In this document: positions 1 through 7,240 of the stretch, piece after piece
Numbering within the stretch: the first letter of the stretch is position 1
Layout of the letters: each line of letters begins with the position of its first letter
From: Thermotogota bacterium
GTDB taxonomy: Bacteria > Bipolaricaulota > Bipolaricaulia > UBA7950 > UBA9294
Assembly: GCA_039679545.1 (NCBI GenBank)
Contig: JBDKUT010000131.1
Span: 1 to 19,442, forward strand
DNA length: 19,442 nucleotides
Direction of reading: 5' to 3'
Notes under the pieces: model-generated
The model's input: only the letters and a program-made list of their open reading frames with translations
Database searches by the model: none
Told to the model about the DNA's origin: nothing
Position numbers and translations under genes: made by a program

Positions 1-223
1 TGGGGTCCATGATCTTCACGTCCCCCCAGAACTTGTCGCGGACGTCGCAATCGATGTTGTTGTCCGGATCCGATACAACAATCCAGACCTCATCGCCTTC
101 CTGAATGTTCGTCACTCGAGTCTCTCCGCTGCTGTCGCTCGACAACCAGATCTCCGCGGTCGAAGCCGCGAGACTGAATCCGACAACAACGGAGAGAAGC
201 ACTGCTAGCGCAATTCTCCGCAC
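1..223 (-). CDS. Secreted/surface protein, N-terminal 74 codons only (continues beyond window start)
   Basis: Not in the ORF track. SD GGAGGT (231-236, minus) lies 7 nt before GTG at 223. Reads MRRIALAVLLSVVVGFSLAA|STAEIWLSSDSSGETRVTNIQEGDEVWIVVSDPDNNIDCDVRDKFWGDVKIMDP with no stop. Classic Sec signal peptide. Confidence 0.85.
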   Translation of the reverse strand, partial: MRRIALAVLLSVVVGFSLAASTAEIWLSSDSSGETRVTNIQEGDEVWIVVSDPDNNIDCDVRDKFWGDVKIMDP

Positions 224-329
224 GGAGTCCACCTCCCATACCATTACGCCCCTGCTTCGGGCACATCCAACAGTTTGCCGCCCCGCACAAGCGGGATCCC
301 CCTCCATCGGGCTCACCCCGACTCTACGC

Positions 330-359
330 TACATACCACGAACGCCGCTGTGAAGTCAA
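330..359 (-). promoter_or_regulatory. Possible sigma70-type promoter for the 223(-) gene
   Basis: TTGACT (359-354), 18-nt spacer, then TG-G-TATGTA. The -35 is good and the -10 imperfect. Confidence 0.35.
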
Positions 360-501
360 ACGATCCGTTTCTTGTGTACTTCGGTCACGCCTCAGCTGCC
401 CTGCCCGACACCGACGATCTCCCCGAGCGAGGCAGTTTGAACCGTCCCGCTCGACACATCAAGATACGTGGTGGCCGCGGAAGCGCGGGGAAGGGGAGGA
501 C

Positions 502-2091
502 ATGAACTGGAAGCTTATCCTGATCGGGATCACGATCCTGCTATGCCTCGGAGTGGGTCTCCCGTGGGGACATCCCGCCGAGAAGCCTCTCGAACTGACG
601 ATCCTGCACACGAACGACGTACACGCCCACTATGTTCCCTTCTCGACCGGAAGCGCGGAGACGGTGGGAGGTGCCGCCCGGATTGCATCCTTGGTTGATG
701 CCGTAAGGAGCGAGACCAAGCACGTCGTCCTGCTCGACGCCGGCGATCAGTTTCAGGGATCCCTCTACTTCCACGTCGGGGGCGCTGAAGCCGTCGCGAA
801 GGTCATGGACGCCGTCGGCTACGACGGGATGGTGATTGGAAACCATGAGTTCGATCGAGGCCCTCAGGAGCTTGCTCGTCTGGTCGAGTTGGCGAAGTTC
901 CCCGTCCTCTCCGCCAACCTTGAAGCGCTCAACGAGCCTTCGCTCGCCGGGAAGATCCTCCCCTTCGACGTCTTTCTGGTCGACGGCGAGACGGTCGCCG
1001 TGTTCGGTCTTACTACGGAGACCACGTCGACGGCCTCAAGTCCGGGACCGAACGTGGCCTTTTCACCGGCCGAGCGCGCCGCGGCGTCCGTTGTGGAGCA
1101 CATCGAACGGCAAGGGATCAACAAGATCATCGCCCTGACGCATCTCGGCTACGCTCGCGACTTGGATCTCGCGAAGTCGGTGCCCGGGATCGACATCATC
1201 GTCGGCGGCCACAGTCATACGACGCTCGGCCCATCGGACGGCGCTGCCGGCCCGTATCCGACGATCGTCGAGTCCTCGACAGGTGAGCCGGTCGTCGTGG
1301 TGACCGCCGAGGAATGGGGGCGAGTCCTGGGCCGCATCGATGTCACCTTCGACGCCCGAGGCGTCGTCCTCGCCGCCAAGGGGCAGATTATCCCTGTTGG
1401 AGATTCCGTTCCCGAAGACCCAAAGGTGGCCGCCATCCTCGCGCCGTACGAGAATGACATCGCCCTCCTCATGGAGACCGCCGTGGGAACTACAGCGGCA
1501 GATCTCGACGGAGAGCGCACGGCCGTCCGTAGCCGCGAGACGAACCTCGGCGACCTGGTCTGCGACGCCATGCTGTGGAAGACGGCAGCCTTGGGAACCC
1601 AAGTCGCCATCCAAAACGGTGGTGGAATCCGAGCGTCCGTTCCCGCCGGCGAAGTCACAATGGGCGACGTGTTGCAGGTCCTCCCGTTCGGAAACGAGAT
1701 CAGCGTCCTGACGGTGACCGGAGCGAACCTTCGCGCGGCGCTCGAGAACGGGGTCAGCCAGGTCGCGGACGCAGGCGGGCGGTTTCCCCAGATCGCAGGA
1801 GCCCGGTTCACGTTCGATCCGGACGCGGCGGCCGGCTCGCGCGTGAAGGTTGTGGAGGTGTGGGACCAAGCCGCGCAGGCTTACACGACAGCGTCAGCGG
1901 ACAAGACGTACCGCATCGCGACGAACACGTACCTCGCCGACGGCGGCGACGGTTACGCGGCGTTCGGCGGCGGAACCAATCGGTACGATACAGGATGGTT
2001 CCTCTCCGACGCCTTGGCCGAGTACCTCACCGCCAAGTCCACGGTCTCCCCTCAGGTCGAGGGGAGGATCCGAACACCCGCAGGGAGCTAA
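502..2091 (+). CDS. Secreted 5'-nucleotidase / UDP-sugar hydrolase (UshA family)
   Basis: Signal peptide. Metallophosphoesterase motifs ILHTNDVHAH, DAGDQFQG, GNHEFD, ALTHLG and GGHSH. C-terminal 5'-nucleotidase domain (ETNLGDL, NGGGIR, PFGN, FPQIAG, YLADGGDGY). SD GGGGAGG before the ATG. Confidence 0.95.
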   Translation: MNWKLILIGITILLCLGVGLPWGHPAEKPLELTILHTNDVHAHYVPFSTGSAETVGGAARIASLVDAVRSETKHVVLLDAGDQFQGSLYFHVGGAEAVAKVMDAVGYDGMVIGNHEFDRGPQELARLVELAKFPVLSANLEALNEPSLAGKILPFDVFLVDGETVAVFGLTTETTSTASSPGPNVAFSPAERAAASVVEHIERQGINKIIALTHLGYARDLDLAKSVPGIDIIVGGHSHTTLGPSDGAAGPYPTIVESSTGEPVVVVTAEEWGRVLGRIDVTFDARGVVLAAKGQIIPVGDSVPEDPKVAAILAPYENDIALLMETAVGTTAADLDGERTAVRSRETNLGDLVCDAMLWKTAALGTQVAIQNGGGIRASVPAGEVTMGDVLQVLPFGNEISVLTVTGANLRAALENGVSQVADAGGRFPQIAGARFTFDPDAAAGSRVKVVEVWDQAAQAYTTASADKTYRIATNTYLADGGDGYAAFGGGTNRYDTGWFLSDALAEYLTAKSTVSPQVEGRIRTPAGS

Positions 2092-2125
2092 CGGATAGCC
2101 CGGGGCCGAACGGCACGAGGGCGAC

Positions 2126-2647
2126 CTAGGCCTTGTCAACGACGTATGCTGACAGAATCTCGCCGCAGACGGCGAGGTGAGAATCCCCTTTCGGGTAGAA
2201 CCGCTCGACGATATCTCCCGCCTCGAAGTCTGGAAGCTCCTGCTGGGTGCGCGCGACGACGCGACACTCGTAGTAGAGGGCACAACCACCGACCACGGGT
2301 GTGTCGACGCTTCGCCCCGGAAGAGCGACGAGCCCCGCGGCTCTCATCTTGTCGAGCTCACGGCCCGACTTCGAGCCACAGAGCGCGAGCTCCGCAGAGA
2401 AACCGCCCGCCCGGGGAACGCTCACCGTGAAACTCTTCGCCGATCGGATGCAAGAGTGCGTGTAGCGGCTCTTCCGAACGTACACCGTGAGAATCGAGCG
2501 ACCCCAGACGATACCGACCTGGGCCCACCCGATGGTCATCGGGTTCGGACGACCAGACGTGTCGATCGAGACGAGGAACGCGCCGCCGCTCGACAACGCA
2601 TCCCACAAAAGCTGCGTCCGCTCGTTCCACTGGATTGTGCGCCCCAC
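2126..2647 (-). CDS. Flavin reductase / flavoredoxin family FMN-binding protein
   Basis: PNPMTIGW, VYVRKSRYT, FTVSVP, CGSKSGRELDK, YECRV and H..GEI match the family pattern. SD AGGAGG before the GTG. Confidence 0.9.
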   Translation of the reverse strand: MGRTIQWNERTQLLWDALSSGGAFLVSIDTSGRPNPMTIGWAQVGIVWGRSILTVYVRKSRYTHSCIRSAKSFTVSVPRAGGFSAELALCGSKSGRELDKMRAAGLVALPGRSVDTPVVGGCALYYECRVVARTQQELPDFEAGDIVERFYPKGDSHLAVCGEILSAYVVDKA

Positions 2648-2656
2648 AGCGACCTC

Positions 2657-3034
2657 CTAGAAGTACACGTAATAGCAGACGTGCCATGCCGTGTTGATGA
2701 CAAACATCGCGACGATCGACATGTTGAACGCCGCCGCAATCCCTTTCCCCTTCAGGAGAATGTAGGTCGGCACAACGAGCGCCACGAGCCGGAGCAGGAC
2801 GAGAAACGCGAGCTGCCACGCGTCGGTCCGGAACCAGGGGAGGAAGATGCACGCGTTGATGGAGTACCCAACCGCGGACATGATGATGAATACCCACGGG
2901 TTGAGGTCGTGCTCCTGCGCGAGACGCCACGGCCGCGCAACCAACCGCAGACCTCGCTCCAGGATCAGCTCGCCCCGCCGAGTCGCCGCGAGGACGGCGA
3001 CAGAATCGTCTTCAGAGAACGTTCGCTCCTGCAT
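2657..3034 (-). CDS. Small integral membrane protein (about 3 TM), unknown function
   Basis: Three hydrophobic segments. Its stop overlaps the SD of the flavin reductase gene. Start uncertain. Confidence 0.7.
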   Translation of the reverse strand: MQERTFSEDDSVAVLAATRRGELILERGLRLVARPWRLAQEHDLNPWVFIIMSAVGYSINACIFLPWFRTDAWQLAFLVLLRLVALVVPTYILLKGKGIAAAFNMSIVAMFVINTAWHVCYYVYF

Positions 3035-3195
3035 AATGGTGACGTGAGTTCGGCTCCTTCCTGAGCCCCCACGCTACCGCCCTGAGGGCCTCGGTTCCGC
3101 GCATGTGTCCTGCGGCCATGGCACAACCGTACCCGTCCGTTGTGGGGAAGATGTGTGCATTCGGCGACCACCGAGTGGAGGGACGATGGACGTAC

Positions 3196-4494
3196 CTACG
3201 AGGCGAACCGGCGCTCCAGCCGCCGGTCCTGGCAGATGTCTTCGGCCGACCCGATCCGAAGCCACGGCTCGATCCGGTGGAGGAAGAAGTCGCGTCGAAG
3301 GAGGGCGTCGCCGTTCCCCGTCACGTGCAGCAGCACGGCGTCGTCCCGGCCGATCCACCCGCGGGCGAGTCCCTCCGCGAGCCCGCCGAGAGCCGCACCG
3401 GCCTCGGGGCCGATCGGCACCCCCTCAAGATCCCCGAACAGCCGCTGCGCGGCAACGATCTCGTCGTTCGTCACGGCGTACGTCCTCCCCCCCGTCGCAC
3501 GCAAGACCTCCGCAACTCCTCCGGCAAGTGCGTACGGCGGCCGGCGGTTTGCGAGCACGGGAGCGCGGATCTCGGCCATCCGACGCACCTCGTCGCTCGG
3601 ATCGGCCGGCAGGAGGGTCGTCGCTCCCACGCTCCACGCGTCGTGGATCGGGGCGAACGGAGCGTTCTGCACCAAGTGAAGGCACGGAAGCGGTCCGGGG
3701 AACGACCCCGACGCCATCAAGCGCACGGCGGCCTCCCAGGCGGCGATTCCGCCAGTGCCGCTCCCGACGGCCTGGACGTAGTGCGCCGGCAGCGCGCCGA
3801 ACGTCCGCCCGTACTCGAGAAGAGCCGTTCCCATCCCATCGCGGCGCGCGACGTTGCGCGCGCCCCCCTCGGAGGGAATCGAGAAGACAGACGAGATCCT
3901 TCCGGCGACCTCAATCGCCTGAGAGTAGTCGCCGCTTCCGTTGAGGACGATCAGACGTACGGCATCGCTCGGCTGGATCGGAAGCCACAGCGCTCCGAGC
4001 GCTGTCTCCGGGACAACGATGTAGGTACGAAACCCGAGGAGGGTTGCGGCGTAGGCAAACGCCCGCGCCGTGCTTCCGGCGGAGGCGAGAACGATCTCGC
4101 TCGCGCCGGCCTCCCGGAGGTAGAGGAGCGTGGGCAGCGCCTCGAAGTCCTTGAACGTCCCCGTCGGATTGCGCGCGCCAACCTCAGGAGCGTACCCGTT
4201 GAACGCCACGGCGAGGTGGCCCAGTCCGAGGTGCCGCGCCAACCGCTCGCTTCGATAGACGACGGGCCCGACCGGGGTGTCGACCAGCGCTTTCGAGGGC
4301 AGCCAATCCGAAAAGCGGAAGATGTCCTGCCGATCAAGGGGTTTGAACGCGCGCTCTTGGTACTCGCTCCGCAGGAGCGCGTCGGGGCAACGCGGGCAGG
4401 CAAGCACCGGCCCCGCAACATGTTCCCCGCAGCGCGAACACCGAAGGACGAACTTCACAGACGGCGCCGAGGGACAACGCGTGGTGGTATTCAT
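3196..4494 (-). CDS. Cysteate synthase-like PLP enzyme (threonine synthase family, Methanosarcina MA3297 type)
   Basis: N-terminal CxxC..CxxC ribbon. Motifs AFNGYAPE, TGTFKDFEA (PLP Lys), LASAGSTARAF, EGGARNVARRDGMGT, HYVQAVGSGTGGIAAWEA, QNAPFAPIHDAW and VLANRRPPY follow the cysteate synthase subfamily. Start uncertain (4494 or a later GTG). Confidence 0.88.
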   Translation of the reverse strand: MNTTTRCPSAPSVKFVLRCSRCGEHVAGPVLACPRCPDALLRSEYQERAFKPLDRQDIFRFSDWLPSKALVDTPVGPVVYRSERLARHLGLGHLAVAFNGYAPEVGARNPTGTFKDFEALPTLLYLREAGASEIVLASAGSTARAFAYAATLLGFRTYIVVPETALGALWLPIQPSDAVRLIVLNGSGDYSQAIEVAGRISSVFSIPSEGGARNVARRDGMGTALLEYGRTFGALPAHYVQAVGSGTGGIAAWEAAVRLMASGSFPGPLPCLHLVQNAPFAPIHDAWSVGATTLLPADPSDEVRRMAEIRAPVLANRRPPYALAGGVAEVLRATGGRTYAVTNDEIVAAQRLFGDLEGVPIGPEAGAALGGLAEGLARGWIGRDDAVLLHVTGNGDALLRRDFFLHRIEPWLRIGSAEDICQDRRLERRFAS

Positions 4495-4574
4495 CGGATC
4501 CGCCGGGTAGCGCCCAGGCAATTGAGAGCATCATCCAGCGAGCCCCGGTCCGCAAGCCGCACCCCGGGAGGCCG

Positions 4575-4603
4575 TTGGATGCGGGCGGGAACGGCGGTAT
4601 GCT
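4575..4603 (+). promoter_or_regulatory. Sigma70-type promoter, probably giving a leaderless mRNA
   Basis: TTGGAT (4575-4580), 17 nt, TATGCT (4598-4603). ATG 4611 follows 7 nt later with no SD. Confidence 0.6.
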
Positions 4604-4610
4604 GAACGTG

Positions 4611-5204
4611 ATGAGGATTCCGAGGTTGCCGCCGGGACAGTCGTGGGTTCCTGAGCCGATCGTATATGACATCGGCCCCGTTCCGCCGACCTGTCTTGGG
4701 GACTACCGTCTCCGCCTTTCGGGCGCGGTGAGGTATCCGGCCGAGCTCGACTGGGCCGCGGTCCAGGCCTTTCCCCACACTCGCGTACGCCGTGACTTCC
4801 ACTGTGTCACAGCGTGGAGCGTTCGCGGGATCCTGTGGGAGGGGATCTCGACCCGAACCCTGCTGAGCCGCCTCTCCGTTGCGCCGGACGTCCGTTGGGT
4901 GCTCGCCCGGTGCCGCGATGGGTACTCCACGGACGTTCCGATCGACGCGTTCGCGCGCCGCGACTCGTTGCTCGCCGACTGCATGAACGGGAGCCCCCTG
5001 GCCGGCGAGCACGGAGCTCCGCTCCGGCTCGTCGTCCCCAGTCTGTACGCCTGGAAAAGTGCCAAGTATGTCGAGGAGCTCGAGTTCCTGTCCGCGCGGC
5101 GGTCCGGCTACTGGGAAGAGCGCGGCTATCACCACCGCGGAGATCCGTGGCGCGAGGAGCGATTCCGAGCGGATCCCTATACGACGAAAGGAGCGGGGGC
5201 ATGA
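4611..5204 (+). CDS. Sulfite oxidase-like molybdopterin oxidoreductase (YuiH-type, single domain)
   Basis: RLPPGQ, DFHCVTAWS (Mo-ligand Cys), GYST, HGAPLRLVVP, YAWKSAKY and GYWEERGYHHRGDPWREER. No export signal. Confidence 0.92.
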   Translation: MRIPRLPPGQSWVPEPIVYDIGPVPPTCLGDYRLRLSGAVRYPAELDWAAVQAFPHTRVRRDFHCVTAWSVRGILWEGISTRTLLSRLSVAPDVRWVLARCRDGYSTDVPIDAFARRDSLLADCMNGSPLAGEHGAPLRLVVPSLYAWKSAKYVEELEFLSARRSGYWEERGYHHRGDPWREERFRADPYTTKGAGA

Positions 5205-6199
5205 CCAAAACCCGAGCCGTTGTGTACACCGCCGGAGCCCTGGTGGTCTTCCTCAGCTTACTCGCCGACGCCGCGAGCGCCGCCGTCCCGCGACTCCCCG
5301 TCATCCTCGTGTATGGGTTTCAGCCTGCGCCCGGCTTTCTTCCGACCCGCCTGTGGGAGACGTTCGCCGAGCGGCTGTCCGGCCGTTCGATCACCGAGGC
5401 TGACAGGCGATCGGTCAACGAACGCCATCCGATCGACGTGCTCGGCGCCGCAGACGGCGAGCACGTCGACGTCTACCTCAGCCACTACGCGAGCTCCGTC
5501 GAGCCCACCGTCCGCGATCTGCGCTACTACGCGGCTCGCCTTGCCGAGGAGATCGCCTGGGTGCGAAGCGTCACCGGCGCTGCCGCCGTGGACCTCGTCG
5601 GCCACAGCATGGGCGGTCTCGTCGCTCGCTGTTACGTCGAATGCGACGACTTCGCACAACTCCTTGGGCAACCAGGGTTCGAGGACTACGGGACGACGTA
5701 CAGCCACGACGTGCGGACACTGATCACACTTGCAACACCGCACTACGGCGCCGGTCTCGCGGGATTGGGGACGTGGCTCGGCCCTCTCGTCGCGGAACTG
5801 GCCCCGGGCAGCCAACTCCTACAGGTGCTCAACGCACCGGGCGCGGACGGCTTCGCTATCGATCCGTCGGTCCGCTACGTGGCGATGGCCGGCCAGATCT
5901 GTTTCGGCTGTGGGCTACTTCAAGACGCGCAGACCTGTCAGGAGCGATGCGTGAGGGACGCCATCGCATGGTCGGGGTCGGACCTCGTCGTCTCCATGCA
6001 ATCCGCACGTCTTCCCGGCGCGGAGAACACCGCGTGCCTCGGAATGGATCACATGGACATGCACGTGAACGCTCTCCTCGCCGATGCCGTGGCCGCTCTG
6101 CTCAGGGGCAAACCCGCGCCCGCCCTCCTGCTCGCCGACCCGAAACTGGACCCCGCGCGCTTTCCGGCGGCGGACGCCGGCGGGAGTGCTTCGCTCTAG
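5201..6199 (+). CDS. Secreted alpha/beta hydrolase (lipase/esterase, PGAP1/EstA-like)
   Basis: ATGA overlap with the upstream stop and SD AAGGAG. Signal peptide. PVILVYG, VDLVGHSMGG (nucleophile), ITLATPHYG, SDLVV (Asp) and MDHMD (His). Confidence 0.9.
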   Translation: MTKTRAVVYTAGALVVFLSLLADAASAAVPRLPVILVYGFQPAPGFLPTRLWETFAERLSGRSITEADRRSVNERHPIDVLGAADGEHVDVYLSHYASSVEPTVRDLRYYAARLAEEIAWVRSVTGAAAVDLVGHSMGGLVARCYVECDDFAQLLGQPGFEDYGTTYSHDVRTLITLATPHYGAGLAGLGTWLGPLVAELAPGSQLLQVLNAPGADGFAIDPSVRYVAMAGQICFGCGLLQDAQTCQERCVRDAIAWSGSDLVVSMQSARLPGAENTACLGMDHMDMHVNALLADAVAALLRGKPAPALLLADPKLDPARFPAADAGGSASL

Positions 6200-7056
6200 T
6201 GCATCGTACCGAACCGGGTGAGCGGCCAAACGCGAAGGTACGGCACGCCAATCATGTCCCGGTCGTCAACGAAACCCCAGAAGCGTGAGTCGAACGAGTC
6301 TCGCGAGTTGTCGCCGAGGACGAAGTAGAAGCCTTCCGGCACCTTCGTCGGCTCCACACCGAATCGGAAGCGGGCGTCGTTCGAGTAGTAGAATCGATCG
6401 AAGCGTTCGCCCGTCAGCTTGGCGCCGTCCACGTAGATCACGCCGTCGCGAATCTGGACGGTCTGACCGCCCACGGCGATGAGGCGTTTGACGTAGCGCA
6501 TGCGCCGCTCGCTCGTCTGGATGCCGAGGTCGGCAATCGTCTTCGCGCTCGCCGCCTTCGTCCCGAGGTCGTAGCGTCGCCCGTCCGCGGTGGTTAGCTG
6601 AAGCGGCGTCCCACTCGCCCACGTCGCGAAACGGTCATTGAGGAACGCCGTCGAGTAGGCTGGCTCGGAGTTCAGGTAGAGGAGGCGGATTCCCGTCGGA
6701 ACCCCGGCCGATGCGGCGGGAGACCCTGCGGTCACCTTCTTCACGTGCACTTCCTCGGTGTGTCGGAACACGACGATATCGCCCGGTTTCGGGTCACGGA
6801 AGTAGTAGGTGATCCGGTCCACGAAGAACGAATCCTTTGGGTCGATCGTCGGGATCATGGACCCCGTGGGGACGTGCATCCGCACGGTGACGAACGTCAT
6901 GATCAACGCGGCGAGGGCGCCGGCCACGACGAGGACCTCGATCCACTCAAGGACTTCACGCATGACGCGTCCCGGCTGCCACCCCATCTTCCACGCCCAG
7001 CGGACGATGACAGCGGGCTTTCGTTCCTTCTTCGGTCGTCGACTACTCCACGACAT
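6196..7056 (-). CDS. lepB: Signal peptidase I with PDZ-like insertion
   Basis: SD GGAGGT before ATG 7056. TM helix, VPTGSMIPT (catalytic Ser), PKPGDIVVF, YVKRLI (catalytic Lys) and YFVLGDNSRDSFDSRFWG. Confidence 0.93.
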   Translation of the reverse strand: MSWSSRRPKKERKPAVIVRWAWKMGWQPGRVMREVLEWIEVLVVAGALAALIMTFVTVRMHVPTGSMIPTIDPKDSFFVDRITYYFRDPKPGDIVVFRHTEEVHVKKVTAGSPAASAGVPTGIRLLYLNSEPAYSTAFLNDRFATWASGTPLQLTTADGRRYDLGTKAASAKTIADLGIQTSERRMRYVKRLIAVGGQTVQIRDGVIYVDGAKLTGERFDRFYYSNDARFRFGVEPTKVPEGFYFVLGDNSRDSFDSRFWGFVDDRDMIGVPYLRVWPLTRFGTMH

Positions 7057-7240
7057 CGGAACCTCCCTCATCCTGCGCGACGGCAGACCTGTAGTGATAG
7101 CGGATTCGAAGCGTCGGGGCAACCCGGACGGGACGTCTCGTCCTCCTCCCCGAGTCCCTCGACCGGCTACACTTCGGATGAGGAATGTTCAGGCAACGCC
7201 ATCCAGCCTCGGGCGGATGGCGTTTCTCTTGGGAGGAGAC

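Noticed and set aside
240..282. GGCAAAC-stem-GGGCGUAA resembling a c-di-GMP-I riboswitch (minus strand)
   Set aside because: There is no GNRA-capped P2, and no room or sequence for P3 and the closing P1 before the SD.
3035..3195. Intergenic hairpins (e.g. CACAAC/GTTGTG 3122-3144) as an ncRNA or terminator
   Set aside because: Short stems expected by chance. No U-tract or recognisable motif.
3103..4605. 500-aa plus-strand ORF and similar long shadow ORFs (2177-3064, 6745-7890, 11662-12654, 16848-17831)
   Set aside because: These are antisense or off-frame shadows of real genes, expected at high GC. They are Arg/Pro-rich with no motifs.
4814..5200. N-terminal extension of the lipase ORF
   Set aside because: It is an off-frame read of the molybdoenzyme gene. 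The ATGA coupling and signal peptide mark 5201 as the start.
6809..7240. N-terminal extension of the SSS ORF
   Set aside because: It overlaps lepB antisense. The SD and ATG at 7241 match the family start.
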